Of a DNA stretch of 64,000 bases, positions 17,897-28,939 are shown in pieces; within the stretch, counting starts at the first letter, position 1, and each line of letters starts with the position of its first letter. The notes under the pieces were generated by a model. It was given only the letters and a program-made list of their open reading frames with translations. It was not told the origin of the DNA and did no database searches. Made by a program: the position numbers and the translations under genes. The stretch is from assembly GCA_001563915.1 (NCBI GenBank), contig LKMP01000001.1, positions 32,001-96,000 on the forward strand, in the 5' to 3' direction. This DNA comes from Nanohaloarchaea archaeon B1-Br10_U2g21 (GTDB taxonomy: Archaea > Nanohalarchaeota > Nanosalinia > Nanosalinales > Nanosalinaceae).

Positions 17897-19737
17897 GTAA
17901 AGAAATGGATTACAAAGAATTAGGATTCAAATGCGGTATAGAAATCCATCAGCAACTTGACACAGATAGGAAACTTTTCTGCCACTGTCCTGTAGATTTA
18001 GTAGATGAGAGCGCAGATGGGGCTTTTGAAAGATACCTCAATGTAGTAGCAGGAGAATCAGGAGAAAAAGATCGGGCGGCAGAACAAGAAATCCAGAAAT
18101 CAAGGAAGTACATCTACAAATATTACGACAGAAATAACTGTTTGGTTGAAGCTGATGAGGAACCGCCGCACTCAATGTCAGAGCAGGCTCTAGAAACAGC
18201 GTTAATCTTTGCAAGAATGGTGAATGCTGATATCGTTCCTGAGATACAAGTAATGCGTAAAATGGTGCTTGATGGTTCGAATACATCGGGTTTCCAGAGA
18301 ACGTCGATGATAGGTCTAAATGGAGAGATTGAAACAGAGACAGGTATTGTAAAGATAGAAGACATAGAACTGGAGGAAGAATCAGCAGGAATTCATGAAA
18401 AAGACTCTGAGAAAGCAGTTTATGATCTTAACAGATTAGGAGTGCCGTTAGTTGAAATAGGGACAGATGCATCTATTAGAACTCCGGAACATGCGAGAGA
18501 AGTTGCGCTAAGGCTAGGAATGCTTCTACGCTCAACAGGTAAAGCGCGGAGAGGGCTAGGAACAATCAGACAAGATGTCAACGTCTCGATTGAAGAAGGA
18601 GCTAGGGTCGAAATCAAGGGATTTCAGGATGTAAAAAATATTGATGAACTAATTAGACTGGAAGTTGAGAGACAGAAAAACCTTGTAGAGCTTGGTGAGG
18701 ATCTTGATGAAGCTGAATTGGTGGCTGATAATGTGACCCATCTATTTGAGAATACAGAAAATCAGATAATTTCTACAGTGCTTGAAAATAATGGCGCGGT
18801 ATATGCATTGAAACTTCCGGGCTTGACAGGGAAGATGAAACAGAAAATATCTGGTGAAAAGTATTTGGCACTGGAACTTGTTGACTACGCTAAGTCAAAA
18901 GGTGTAAAAGGGATATTACATACTGATGAAGACTTACAGAAATATGAGCTAGTTGATGAATTTGAAGAAGTTGCTAAAATGTTTGACAGAGACAAAGAAG
19001 ATGTTATTGCAGTTATTGCGGCTGAGAAAAATCAGGCTCGAGAAGCAGCGAAAGAAGTACAGAAGAGGGCAAAAATGCTTTATAATGGGGAAATACCTGA
19101 GGAAACACGGAGTGCAGAACAGGACTTTACTACGAGTTATATGAGGCCTTTACCTGGAGCAGCAAGAATGTATCCTGAAACTGATATTGCACCTATAAGA
19201 GTCACAGAGAGTAGGGTGAAAGAAATTGATCAAAATATTCCGGAAACGCTTGAAGAAAAGAAAGAGCGTCTAGAAGATGAAGTAGGGGAACAGATGGCGT
19301 CTCAGCTTGTCAGTTCAAGAAGAGTTGGGCTTTTTGACAAGTTTGAAGATTCTGCTGATCAGAAAGATTTAGCGAATTATATAGTCAATACTTTACCGAG
19401 AATAGAATCTGAAGGCTTTGAAGTCTCAGAAAATGCGATAGAGAAAATTCTACAGGCTTTTTCAGACTCAAAAATAGAAAAGGGTCAGCTGGAGAAAGCA
19501 TCTCGTCTCGCTGCAGAGGGGGAAGAAAGTCCTGTTGAAAAGATTTTGGAGTCACAGGTTTCAGAAAAAGATATTGAAGAAATAGTCAGGTTGGTCGTTG
19601 AGGAGAATTCTGAGATGGTGGGAGAGCAAGGTATGCGTGCTCAAGGACCCTTAATGGGGGATGTGTTGCAGAGAATTGACGCTGATGGTTCCCGAGTGGC
19701 GCCTGTGCTTCAAAAGGTTTTACAGGAGCATCTGTAG
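17893..19737 (+). CDS. gatE: Glu-tRNA(Gln) amidotransferase subunit E
   Basis: [43 protein letters not shown] and [14 protein letters not shown]. Confidence 0.97.
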   Translation: MSKEMDYKELGFKCGIEIHQQLDTDRKLFCHCPVDLVDESADGAFERYLNVVAGESGEKDRAAEQEIQKSRKYIYKYYDRNNCLVEADEEPPHSMSEQALETALIFARMVNADIVPEIQVMRKMVLDGSNTSGFQRTSMIGLNGEIETETGIVKIEDIELEEESAGIHEKDSEKAVYDLNRLGVPLVEIGTDASIRTPEHAREVALRLGMLLRSTGKARRGLGTIRQDVNVSIEEGARVEIKGFQDVKNIDELIRLEVERQKNLVELGEDLDEAELVADNVTHLFENTENQIISTVLENNGAVYALKLPGLTGKMKQKISGEKYLALELVDYAKSKGVKGILHTDEDLQKYELVDEFEEVAKMFDRDKEDVIAVIAAEKNQAREAAKEVQKRAKMLYNGEIPEETRSAEQDFTTSYMRPLPGAARMYPETDIAPIRVTESRVKEIDQNIPETLEEKKERLEDEVGEQMASQLVSSRRVGLFDKFEDSADQKDLANYIVNTLPRIESEGFEVSENAIEKILQAFSDSKIEKGQLEKASRLAAEGEESPVEKILESQVSEKDIEEIVRLVVEENSEMVGEQGMRAQGPLMGDVLQRIDADGSRVAPVLQKVLQEHL

Positions 19738-19788
19738 AACATATTTAAATTTTTACTTATGTCATTAAAAAACAGGTGAATTACAACT

Positions 19789-21450
19789 ATGAGAGGATTA
19801 GGCGGAAGTCCGGTATTTATAATGTCTGAAGACGCAGAAAGACAGACTGGTGCAGACGCACAGGAAAACAATATAGCAGCATGTAAAACAGTTGCAAAAG
19901 CCGTAAGAACTACTCTAGGTCCTAAAGGAATGGATAAGATGATGGTGGATTCTGTAGGAGATCTAGTAGTAACGAATGATGGCGTAACTATACTTGAAGA
20001 AATGGATATTCAGCATCCAGCAGCCAAGATGATGGTTGAAGTCGCACAGACACAGGAAGAAGAGGTTGGAGATGGGACAACTACAGCAGTAGTACTTGCA
20101 GGAGAGCTATTGAAGCAGGCTGAAGGATTGCTTGAACAGGAAATCCACCCAACTGTAATAACTAGAGGTTACAGGCTTGCACGTGAAAAATCTGTAGACA
20201 TATTGGATGATATATCTGAAGAAGTAGATCTTGCAGATGAAGATACGCTTGAGAAAGTAGCCATGACTGCAATGACTGGTAAATCTGCTGAATCTGCACG
20301 AGATTATCTGGCAGAAATCGCGGTAAGCGCAGTAAGACAGGTTGCAGAAGAGGAAGGAGATTTACTTGTAATTGATAGAGATATGGTGAAACTTGAGAAA
20401 AAGGAAGGAGGCACTATTGATGAGACAGAACTTGTTCAAGGAGTAATTCTTGATAAGGAAAAAGTCCACGGTGGAATGCCTTCGAATATCTCTGATGCAA
20501 AGATTGCGTTACTAAATACGCCTATTGAAGTACGTGAGACTGAGACAGATGCAGAAATCAACATTTCTGATCCTTCTCAGCTTAAAGGATTTGTTGAAGA
20601 AGAGGAAAAACAGCTCAAAGAAATGGTGGAAGCATTGGATGATGCGGGAGCAAATGTAGTTCTATGTCAGAAAGGTATAGATGACATCGCACAACATTAC
20701 CTTGCAAAGAGAGGAATCTTTGCAGTAAGAAGAGTTTCCTCCAAAGATATGGATAAACTAGCAAAGGCAACAGGCGCAAATATTGTAACAAGTATTGAAG
20801 ACGTTTCAGAAGATGACTTAGGAGAAGCAGGAACTGTCAAAGAAAACAGAATTGGTGGAGATTCAATGACGTTCGTACAGGACTGTCCAGAAGCCAAATC
20901 TGTCTCAATCCTTATCAGAGGAGGAACAGAACACGTAGTTGACGAAATTGATAGGGCTATGGAAGATGCAATAGGAGGAGTAGCTTCAGCACTGCGTAAT
21001 GGAAAAGTCGTAGGCGGAGGTGGAGCAACAGAAGTAGAACTCGCACAACAGCTCAGAGATTATGCTGATAGTGTAGGAGGGCGAGAACAATTAGCGATTA
21101 ATGCATTTGCAGATGCATTAGAAGTTCTACCAAGAACACTTGCAGAAAATGCAGGATTTGATCCGATTGATGTGTTAGTAGACCTTAGAAATAAACACGA
21201 AAAGGGAGAAATTTGGGCAGGAATCGATGTGTCATCAGGTGAATCAGAAGGCCTATTTGATCAAGGAGTTGTAGAACCGCGGCAGACTAAGACTCAGGCA
21301 GTTCAGTCTGCATCAGAATCAGCAGAAATGATTTTGAGGATTGATGATGTGATTTCTGCGTCAGGATTTGATGGCGGAGGAGGAGATGCACCGGCGCCTG
21401 AAGGAGGAATGCCTGGTGGAGGAATGGGAGGAATGGGAGGCATGATGTAA
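19789..21450 (+). CDS. ths: Thermosome (group II chaperonin) subunit
   Basis: [16 protein letters not shown] and GGM-repeat tail; GGTGA SD. Confidence 0.98.
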   Translation: MRGLGGSPVFIMSEDAERQTGADAQENNIAACKTVAKAVRTTLGPKGMDKMMVDSVGDLVVTNDGVTILEEMDIQHPAAKMMVEVAQTQEEEVGDGTTTAVVLAGELLKQAEGLLEQEIHPTVITRGYRLAREKSVDILDDISEEVDLADEDTLEKVAMTAMTGKSAESARDYLAEIAVSAVRQVAEEEGDLLVIDRDMVKLEKKEGGTIDETELVQGVILDKEKVHGGMPSNISDAKIALLNTPIEVRETETDAEINISDPSQLKGFVEEEEKQLKEMVEALDDAGANVVLCQKGIDDIAQHYLAKRGIFAVRRVSSKDMDKLAKATGANIVTSIEDVSEDDLGEAGTVKENRIGGDSMTFVQDCPEAKSVSILIRGGTEHVVDEIDRAMEDAIGGVASALRNGKVVGGGGATEVELAQQLRDYADSVGGREQLAINAFADALEVLPRTLAENAGFDPIDVLVDLRNKHEKGEIWAGIDVSSGESEGLFDQGVVEPRQTKTQAVQSASESAEMILRIDDVISASGFDGGGGDAPAPEGGMPGGGMGGMGGMM

Positions 21451-21451
21451 G

Positions 21452-21472
21452 CCTCTTTTCTCCTCCTTCATA
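21452..21472 (+). terminator. Pyrimidine-rich archaeal terminator after thermosome
   Basis: CCTCTTTTCTCCTCCTT immediately after the stop. Confidence 0.45.
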
Positions 21473-21597
21473 TTATGTTTACGTTTTTAGATTGTTCTTT
21501 GAAGGAGATGTAGTTGAAATTTTCTTTTTCTATATCTATTTCCGTGGATTATAAATACCGGAGTTCCTCATTTCTTACTTAGAGGCGATTCAAAGCT

Positions 21598-22275
21598 ATG
21601 AATGACGAGGTTCAGCTTGGCTCTTCTGAAGGAGATGACTACGAGGTCGTTCCGATAGGACCGATTAGAAAACTGGAAAGAAGAATTGATAAGATTCATG
21701 AGGAAGCAGTTCAAAACTCATCAGGAGGCGGTAATTACGATGAACTTGTTAAAGATGTCTTAGATATAATGAAATCGAATCAGCGAATCGTCAATGACAT
21801 GACTGAATCAACTCATGAGCTTAAGAACTCTGTAGAAGATCTTACTCACAAAATGGATGAGGTAGTAGATAACATGAATACATTTATGGACTTGCTTACT
21901 GAAGCCTCTGAAATGGATATGGAAGGCGAAATTGTTGGGGATATTGAACATAGGATTGCTGATGCAATAGGAAATAAAATGGATAATGTAGCAGAGGGAA
22001 TGATGCAGTCCAATAAAGAAGTTGTAGACCAGTTAGAAGAAGTTAATCAAAGTTTAAGGAGATCTTATGCTTCAGGTTCTAGTCAGCAGATGAAGCCTCA
22101 ATCGAAGCCTCAATCTAGAACGGCTCAACAATCGAATAATTCTTCTGAATCTGTTCAGCGACCTACTTCTTCAGATCAGTCTCAGTCATCTCCACAGTCA
22201 ATGAATTTAGGTTCCGGGAGAGATGATAGAATGAAGAGGCTCAGGGAGAAGTTTGGAGATGTTAAAGACCAGTAA
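21598..22275 (+). CDS. Hypothetical coiled-coil protein with Q/S-rich linker, first gene of the pilus locus
   Basis: Heptad-rich core, low-complexity C-terminal linker; overlaps the following pilin gene. Confidence 0.7.
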   Translation: MNDEVQLGSSEGDDYEVVPIGPIRKLERRIDKIHEEAVQNSSGGGNYDELVKDVLDIMKSNQRIVNDMTESTHELKNSVEDLTHKMDEVVDNMNTFMDLLTEASEMDMEGEIVGDIEHRIADAIGNKMDNVAEGMMQSNKEVVDQLEEVNQSLRRSYASGSSQQMKPQSKPQSRTAQQSNNSSESVQRPTSSDQSQSSPQSMNLGSGRDDRMKRLREKFGDVKDQ

Positions 22276-22759
22276 AGGCCTTACTCCTGTTGTAGCAACT
22301 GTTTTACTTTTGATGATTGCTGTAGCTGCTGTAGGCTCTGCAGCAGTATTTTTGGATGATACTATTACAAGTATCGGCGACAGTATAGAGGAAGATTTGG
22401 CTTTGGAAGAACGGAGATCTGCAACAGATATCTCGATTGATTATGGATACCGTAGTTCTGGAAGTACTGAATATGTGATTATAGATGTTAGAAATACGGG
22501 TTCTGAAACTTTAGAAGTTCAACAGAATGGCGAAAAGCTTTGGAATATGTATATTGATGGGAGGCCTGAAGACTGGAGTTATGTTGATTCAGACCTTGAG
22601 TCAGAAGATGAAATCTTGAGAAATCCTAATGAGGTTATTTCAATAAATACTACTGAAGAATTCCCGGATAACGGTGAAATGATAGAGGTCTCATTAAATG
22701 CCCCTTATGAAAGTTCGGACTCTTACGTCTGCTTTAATGACGGAGGCAATAGCTGCTGA
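22259..22759 (+). CDS. Type IV pilin / archaellin-like N-terminal domain protein
   Basis: Class III signal SKG|LTPVVATVLLLMIAV; VRNTGS motif; ATG at 22259. Confidence 0.88.
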   Translation: MLKTSKGLTPVVATVLLLMIAVAAVGSAAVFLDDTITSIGDSIEEDLALEERRSATDISIDYGYRSSGSTEYVIIDVRNTGSETLEVQQNGEKLWNMYIDGRPEDWSYVDSDLESEDEILRNPNEVISINTTEEFPDNGEMIEVSLNAPYESSDSYVCFNDGGNSC

Positions 22760-22802
22760 GTTCAGAATCTTTATAAGGGAGCCACAGCAAATCTTACATA
22801 GT

Positions 22803-23342
22803 ATGTTTGGAACAAGCAAAGGTATTACTCCTGTAATCGCGATTGTTCTGTTATTACTTGTAACAGTTGGAGCGGTAGGAGTAGTTTATACACAGTTCCA
22901 AGGTTTAGTAGGAGATGGACCTGACGCAGATTTCTTAGATGCTGATGGAGTAGATATTAGTATGTCATCAACAGTTAGCCATGATCCCATTAATCTGACT
23001 TTAAGAAATAATGGTGATGATGAATATGACTTACAAGATGATTTTAGAGTCGATGTAAGCGTTCCTGGTGAGGGCAGAGTTCCATTAGAAGATGCAGTAG
23101 TCTTTGATGAATTCGAAGATGAGAGCCCGCAACAGTGTCTAGAAGAGGGTAACGAAGCCGAAGGCCATGATAGTGAAGATTATACGTCATTTGGTCCTGG
23201 TGACTCTATAGCATGTGAACCGGATATAGACGATCTTTCTGGTCCAGAAGAAGCTACATTCTACTTAGTCTTGGATAGTGCAGATGATGAAGTCACAGAT
23301 GTAACTTGTGATCCATCAACAAGCACTAGCGCAACTTGTTAA
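22803..23342 (+). CDS. Type IV pilin, probable major pilin
   Basis: SKG|ITPVIAIVLLLLVTVGAVG; own TATA-like TTTATAAG near 22770 and T-rich terminator after the stop; true start ATG 22803, not 22698. Confidence 0.88.
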   Translation: MFGTSKGITPVIAIVLLLLVTVGAVGVVYTQFQGLVGDGPDADFLDADGVDISMSSTVSHDPINLTLRNNGDDEYDLQDDFRVDVSVPGEGRVPLEDAVVFDEFEDESPQQCLEEGNEAEGHDSEDYTSFGPGDSIACEPDIDDLSGPEEATFYLVLDSADDEVTDVTCDPSTSTSATC

Positions 23343-23404
23343 AATTTTTCTTTTCACATATTTTCCCTTTATTTTATATTCAGGCCTTAATAATTGAGAA
23401 CTGT

Positions 23405-24052
23405 ATGAAGGGTCAAACTCAGGCAGTTACAGCTGTTATGATTACAGGTATAATGATAGGCACTATTGCCGCAGTTTATGTCTGGGGAACGCCTTTACTT
23501 GAGAAAAGAGAAAGCCAGGCGGCCTTAGGCCAAGTTGAAAGCGATGTTTTAAGCCTTAAAGACTCTGTAGATTCTGTCAGCCGAAGTGGAGAAGGTAGTG
23601 GTTCAGATAGTTCTATTAGGATTAGTGAGGGCGAGGTTGAAGTGAATGAGGATGAGAATTATATTCAAGTAACTACTTTTTCAGGAGCTTCAAGTTATCC
23701 TACAGGTACGTGGAGAATAATAGAAGGTAATAGTCTCCAAGGTCTTTCAATAGGTACAGGATACTACGGTATTTCGGGACAGGATAGTGATGGTGTAGTA
23801 GCCGCTAGATCGGATGAATCTGGGGGAGATGATAGAATCCGGTTCAGAGTCGAGTTTAGAGATATGTTAGATGATTCTGAAGCCCATTTAGTAGATTTGC
23901 AGTCTGTAGGTTCTCCCACATCCTCCGGAGAGACTACTGTCAATCTAAGAAATAGAGGTACTGAGTCTGATACAGGCTCAGAAGGTTTAGAGATTGGTAC
24001 TGATGAAATTATAGATAGAGAGAGAAGAATAATTGAGGTTGATTTACAGTGA
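23405..24052 (+). CDS. Class III signal peptide pilin-like protein
   Basis: MKG|QTQAVTAVMITGI...YVWG.P. Confidence 0.82.
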   Translation: MKGQTQAVTAVMITGIMIGTIAAVYVWGTPLLEKRESQAALGQVESDVLSLKDSVDSVSRSGEGSGSDSSIRISEGEVEVNEDENYIQVTTFSGASSYPTGTWRIIEGNSLQGLSIGTGYYGISGQDSDGVVAARSDESGGDDRIRFRVEFRDMLDDSEAHLVDLQSVGSPTSSGETTVNLRNRGTESDTGSEGLEIGTDEIIDRERRIIEVDLQ

Positions 24053-24441
24053 AAGGACAGTATCTTGCTGTGGAATCTGTTTTGACATTTGGGCTAGGTA
24101 TAATCGCAGCAGTAGGTATTATAGGTGTTTTTAGCAGTTACAGTAGTAATGTGTTTTCAACCGCCGAACAAGTAGATGTAAAAGTAGTTCAAAATGATAT
24201 AAAGAATAATCTAAATAGTTTAGACGTTATAAATGGTACTGCGCATAAAGATTTAGAATTACCGGATACAGTAGCTAATTCAGACTATACAGTATCGTTA
24301 TCAGATGATGAAATAGCTTTAGAGGCCAGAGGAGAAATATATAGATCTAGACTGCCGATTTCGGAGCCTGCCACAGGTTCAGGTTCAGGCGACGTAAGAA
24401 TCTATAAAACCGAACAAGGGTATGAGTTGACCGAAAGATGA
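24049..24441 (+). CDS. Class III signal peptide pilin-like protein
   Basis: MKG|QYLAVESVLTFGLG; GTGA overlap. Confidence 0.8.
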   Translation: MKGQYLAVESVLTFGLGIIAAVGIIGVFSSYSSNVFSTAEQVDVKVVQNDIKNNLNSLDVINGTAHKDLELPDTVANSDYTVSLSDDEIALEARGEIYRSRLPISEPATGSGSGDVRIYKTEQGYELTER

Positions 24442-26147
24442 GTGTCAAACTTAATAGTCTGATAAACAGGCTTAGGAAAGCTAAACACCCGGAATGGTAC
24501 GAAGAGGAAGAAACAAAAGAGGCAAATGAAAATGCAGATGGAGTTAAAATTCCATCTCCGGGCCGTTTTGATCCTGAAATGATCGAACAGTTTTCAGATG
24601 AGGATAAACTTACTGATGTTGATGTATCATATCCTTTAATGCCTGCAGATCCTGAAGATGGAGAGATGGTTTATGCATGGGCGCATATAACTTGGAACGA
24701 AGAAATGGGAGAATTAGTATACAGAGTAATAGAACCAGATATGAATAAGAGAACTGAGGCTGTTCTGAACAAGATTCATGATATAATGGAAAGAAGTTTC
24801 GATGTCACGTTATCAGACCTCGAATCAGGAGAAGCTGATGAATATCTCGAAGAAAAAATAGATATGATAGTGGATAAATATGATTTAAGTCTCACAGAAC
24901 AGCAAAGAGAAGTAGTCCGTTACTACACAAAAAGAGATTTTGCAGGTTTAGGTAAGCTACAACCACTAATGAATGATACAGAAGTAGAAGATATATCCTG
25001 TGATGGAATAGATATACCTGTTTATGCGTACCACAGAAACCCTAAGTTTGGGTCCATAAAGACAACTATAGAATGGGATAATCACGAAGAACTTGATAAA
25101 TTCGTTATGAAAATGGCTCAGAGATGCGGTAAATCTATTTCAGTCTCGACACCATTGCTTGATGGGGCGCTGCCTGACGGTTCCCGTGTACAGGCAACTT
25201 TAGCTACAGACATTGCGAGAAAGGGGTCAAATTTTACAATTCGACGTTTTACGTCAGATCCATTAACACCTATTCATATGATGGACTTTGAGACAGAGAA
25301 TGCGCAGATGCTATCATATCTTTGGACGCTTGTGGAACACGGTAAATCAACTCTAGTATGTGGAACTACAGGAGCAGGAAAAACATCTCAGTTGAACTCG
25401 CTTTCACTTTTCATCAGGCCAGAGAAGAAGATTGTGTCTATTGAGGACACGCCAGAACTTCGTCTACCTCATGATCACTGGGTGCCGGAAGTAGCGCGGT
25501 CAGGATTTGGATCAAGTGCTGATGAAGGAGGAGAAGTATCAATGGATCATTTATTGAAAGAGTCTCTGCGTCAGAGACCTGAATATATTATTGTCGGAGA
25601 GGTGCGTGGTGAAGAAGCATATATTTTGTTCCAGCAGATGGCTACAGGACACACGGGGCTATCAACGATTCACGCGGACAGTCTAGAGATGCTTATGGAT
25701 CGTCTGACTACACAGCCAATAGATCTCTCGCCGTCACTAATTGAGACATTAGACTGCATAATGCTAATTAAAAGGCTTAGAAGAGGAGGGAAGTATGTTA
25801 GAAGGATTACAGGTCTTTATGAGGTATTAGGGTATGATAAGAGAAAGGGTATTGATGCTAACAAAGTATTTGGATGGGAGCCAAGAAATGATGAATATAT
25901 CGTTGAGAACAACTCTATACTTCTCCAAGATATAGCTGAACAGAGCGGTATAGATAACGAAGATATACAAAAAGACCTCAGAAACAAGCAACACGTCCTA
26001 AATTATATGCAAGAAGAGCAGATAAAACACTACAGAGAAGTAGGAGATATTATTTCTCGTTACTACTCTGATCCGGAGTCTGTAATGGAAAAAGTAGGAC
26101 AAACATTTAATTCAGATCAAGGCCAATTAAAAGTTAGCGATGCTTAA
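24438..26147 (+). CDS. pilB: Type IV pilus / type II-IV secretion assembly ATPase (PilB/ArlI family)
   Basis: EDISCDG, GTTGAGKT, SIEDTPE, LRQRPEYIIVGEVRG and ATGHTGLSTIHA. Confidence 0.93.
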   Translation: MSVKLNSLINRLRKAKHPEWYEEEETKEANENADGVKIPSPGRFDPEMIEQFSDEDKLTDVDVSYPLMPADPEDGEMVYAWAHITWNEEMGELVYRVIEPDMNKRTEAVLNKIHDIMERSFDVTLSDLESGEADEYLEEKIDMIVDKYDLSLTEQQREVVRYYTKRDFAGLGKLQPLMNDTEVEDISCDGIDIPVYAYHRNPKFGSIKTTIEWDNHEELDKFVMKMAQRCGKSISVSTPLLDGALPDGSRVQATLATDIARKGSNFTIRRFTSDPLTPIHMMDFETENAQMLSYLWTLVEHGKSTLVCGTTGAGKTSQLNSLSLFIRPEKKIVSIEDTPELRLPHDHWVPEVARSGFGSSADEGGEVSMDHLLKESLRQRPEYIIVGEVRGEEAYILFQQMATGHTGLSTIHADSLEMLMDRLTTQPIDLSPSLIETLDCIMLIKRLRRGGKYVRRITGLYEVLGYDKRKGIDANKVFGWEPRNDEYIVENNSILLQDIAEQSGIDNEDIQKDLRNKQHVLNYMQEEQIKHYREVGDIISRYYSDPESVMEKVGQTFNSDQGQLKVSDA

Positions 26148-27015
26148 AGAATACTCAGAATTCTGCTATAATCAAGTAGGAAGTTATGCTTTGCAGGTTA
26201 TTCACTACTTTGAGGACTTGAGCCCGCAACTGGCAAAAGCTGGGCTGAATATCTCGCTACCTGAATACGTTAGTATGATGTTCTTCACAACAGGCCTTGT
26301 AGGGCTTTTGACTTTGACTTTAGGAGGCACTCTATTGACTATGTCTATGGGTGTTGGCGGAATTATTATGGCATTTATATTGACGCCTATATTCTCTTTG
26401 GGTACTGCCTTTGTGTTCTATCTTTATCCAGCGATAATGGTGAAAGATAGAGCATCAAGAATAAAAGATACTTTGCCTTTTGCTACAATGTATCTTTCTA
26501 CACTTGCAGGTACAGGTACTGCACTACCCCAGATTTTCAAAAATCTTGGTGAGGTGGATGAATATGGGGAAGTATCTAAAGAAGCAGAAAAAATTTCTAG
26601 AGACATAGAAACATTTGGAATGGACATAAGTGAAGCTCTAGAAAGATCAGCAAATAGAAGTCCTTCAGAAGATTATCAAGAGCTAATGTGGGGGATGAAT
26701 CACGTTATAACAACGGGAGGCTCTCTAAGAGAGTTTTTAAGGCAAAGATCTGAGGCCTTAATGAATGAGTATAAGAGAAGAATAGAAGAATTCTCTGAAC
26801 AATTATCGCTCCTCGTAGAAATGTATATTACCGTAGTTGTTGTAGGATCAATTATTTTCACATCAATGAGTGCAGTAATGAGTACTATATCTCAAGATTT
26901 ATCGGCTAACCAAATTGTAGGAATACAGCTAGTCGCTATTCTTTTCGGGTTACCAGTAATATCGGGCATGTTTATACTACTAGTACAGGGGATGTCTCCG
27001 GGTGGTATCCGATGA
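26140..27015 (+). CDS. pilC: Type II secretion F-domain platform protein (PilC/TadC-like)
   Basis: TM segments, LPFATMYLSTLA and follows the ATPase. Confidence 0.88.
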   Translation: MLKEYSEFCYNQVGSYALQVIHYFEDLSPQLAKAGLNISLPEYVSMMFFTTGLVGLLTLTLGGTLLTMSMGVGGIIMAFILTPIFSLGTAFVFYLYPAIMVKDRASRIKDTLPFATMYLSTLAGTGTALPQIFKNLGEVDEYGEVSKEAEKISRDIETFGMDISEALERSANRSPSEDYQELMWGMNHVITTGGSLREFLRQRSEALMNEYKRRIEEFSEQLSLLVEMYITVVVVGSIIFTSMSAVMSTISQDLSANQIVGIQLVAILFGLPVISGMFILLVQGMSPGGIR

Positions 27016-28043
27016 TAGATTTCTTCAAAGAAGAAGATTATGAGCCAGGTCTATCAACAGAAGACAAGATTGTCTTTGGTAGTCTAGCTGCTGGAGGAAT
27101 CCTTATGATTATAGGAATGCTTCTTTATACTTCAGTTTCAATTCAGTTAGGAGGATTGACAATTATAATGGGATTACTGGCAGCTGTATTGCCTTTTGGA
27201 ATAATATCATTTATGAAGAATCGAGCGATTACTGAGATGGAGCGACAGTTTCCTGCTTTTCTGAAAGATCTTGCAGAGTCGAAAAGAGGAGGAATGACTA
27301 TGCTAGATTCATTTGAATCAGCAAGAGAAACAGATTATGGCCGTATGAATAGTGAAATTGAAAAAGTTCACAGTCAGCTTTCATGGGGCATTCCATTTCC
27401 AGAAGTTATTGCAAGATTTTCCACTAGAATGAAAGATTCGGCAGTGATACAGCAATCTTTGTCTATTATTTTGCAGAGCTACAAGAGCGGGGGCGAAATA
27501 ACGAAAACTATTGAGTCCGTAGGAGACAGCGCTACAATGCTTAAGGAAGTCATTCAGAGTAAAAATTCCATGCTAAAACAGCAACTAGTGATTATGTATG
27601 TAATATATTTCCTTTTCATAGGAATAACTGTAGGAGTATACTTTCTAATGCAGCAATTACTTGGCTTAGGATCTCCGGAGCCTGGAACTCTTGAAAACGT
27701 TGGAGAGTTTCTAGGTGATGGGGATGATGAAGGAATAGCAAACTTTTGCGGGCCTGATGTGCCTTATGCAAGTCCTCTATGCAGTATTGCACAGGTATTT
27801 GGTTTTGTTCCAAGTAACGTTACTGATTTCACTAGTTCATATGCAGAACAATATGCATACGGGCAGATGGCGTACTATAAGTCAATCTTATTTACAATGC
27901 TTATGGTACAAGGGATGTGTAGTGCTGCAGTCGCAGGACAAATATCTGAAGGATCTCCGAGTGCAGGAATAAAACACGCTATAATTATGCTTCCAGCAGC
28001 GTTTATAGTGTTCATGCTGATAGTGAGGCCTATGGGCATATGA
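27012..28043 (+). CDS. pilC: Second type II secretion F-domain platform protein
   Basis: FPAFLKDLAES..GGM, DYG.M..E, SGG and AGIKH. Confidence 0.88.
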   Translation: MIDFFKEEDYEPGLSTEDKIVFGSLAAGGILMIIGMLLYTSVSIQLGGLTIIMGLLAAVLPFGIISFMKNRAITEMERQFPAFLKDLAESKRGGMTMLDSFESARETDYGRMNSEIEKVHSQLSWGIPFPEVIARFSTRMKDSAVIQQSLSIILQSYKSGGEITKTIESVGDSATMLKEVIQSKNSMLKQQLVIMYVIYFLFIGITVGVYFLMQQLLGLGSPEPGTLENVGEFLGDGDDEGIANFCGPDVPYASPLCSIAQVFGFVPSNVTDFTSSYAEQYAYGQMAYYKSILFTMLMVQGMCSAAVAGQISEGSPSAGIKHAIIMLPAAFIVFMLIVRPMGI

Positions 28044-28939
28044 AAAAGCAAATTAAAGGTCAGATAACGCTCGAATTTATAGGTAGCGCATTATTCTTTG
28101 TACTAGTGGTCATAGGCGTACTATCACTGACTACAGATGAAATACCTCAGTTTCATGATGATTCTGACGTTAAACTGAAAAATTTAGAGGCTAAACACGC
28201 AACCGATTATCTCTTAACATCTCAAGGAGAGCATAGCTATGAAGACGGAGGAACTAACTGGGAAAGTAGCCAAGAAACTCTTGAGAATATTGAAAGCCCG
28301 GGTATTGCAGGAGAAAATTATATGCATATAGAACGATCTAAACTTGAGACTATGGAAACAATAGGTACAGAAAGTGAGGGAGTGTATAATCATAGTGCGT
28401 TGATTGACTATCTAGAACTCGAACACAGTTACAGTTTTGCTTTTACATGGTATCCTATAGTTGAAACGTATAGAAGTTTTACAAGAACTAGTCCCCCTGA
28501 CTATATTGATCTAGAGGAGCCTGTTGACTGTGATGATAGCCCTAATGACATATACTGTAGTGCGGCTAATAGAGTCAATTATGGTCAAATAACATTGAAT
28601 GACAACGATATTTATTTTTTGACGGCAGCATACGATGGCGAATATAATACAACTTACGTATCTGATTCCTGGGATTTTGAAGATAGAAGTCCTTATGGAG
28701 AAGGAGAAGTGCCTTTTGAACTAGATGAAAATAGAGCAGAACAAGACTTTGAAATTAAAGAAATTCAGAACCGCGATAATACTCCTGGTGCAATCATAGT
28801 TTTAGAATCCCACCTTCATGAGTTTGGCTCTAATCCTGACTCAGCAACAGGAGATGTAAATAAATTGAACCGATATCCGATACTTGAAGATTCTTCAAGC
28901 AGTGAAGAACTAGTTAAAATGGAGGTCTTAGTCTGGTGA
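28040..28939 (+). CDS. Class III signal peptide minor pilin-like protein
   Basis: KG|QITLEFIGSALFF; acidic extracellular domain. Confidence 0.78.
   Translation: MKKQIKGQITLEFIGSALFFVLVVIGVLSLTTDEIPQFHDDSDVKLKNLEAKHATDYLLTSQGEHSYEDGGTNWESSQETLENIESPGIAGENYMHIERSKLETMETIGTESEGVYNHSALIDYLELEHSYSFAFTWYPIVETYRSFTRTSPPDYIDLEEPVDCDDSPNDIYCSAANRVNYGQITLNDNDIYFLTAAYDGEYNTTYVSDSWDFEDRSPYGEGEVPFELDENRAEQDFEIKEIQNRDNTPGAIIVLESHLHEFGSNPDSATGDVNKLNRYPILEDSSSSEELVKMEVLVW

Noticed and set aside
22259-28043. Archaellum operon
   Set aside because: No arlH-like ATPase or recognisable arlC/D/E; two separate platform genes and many minor pilins fit a type IV pilus better.
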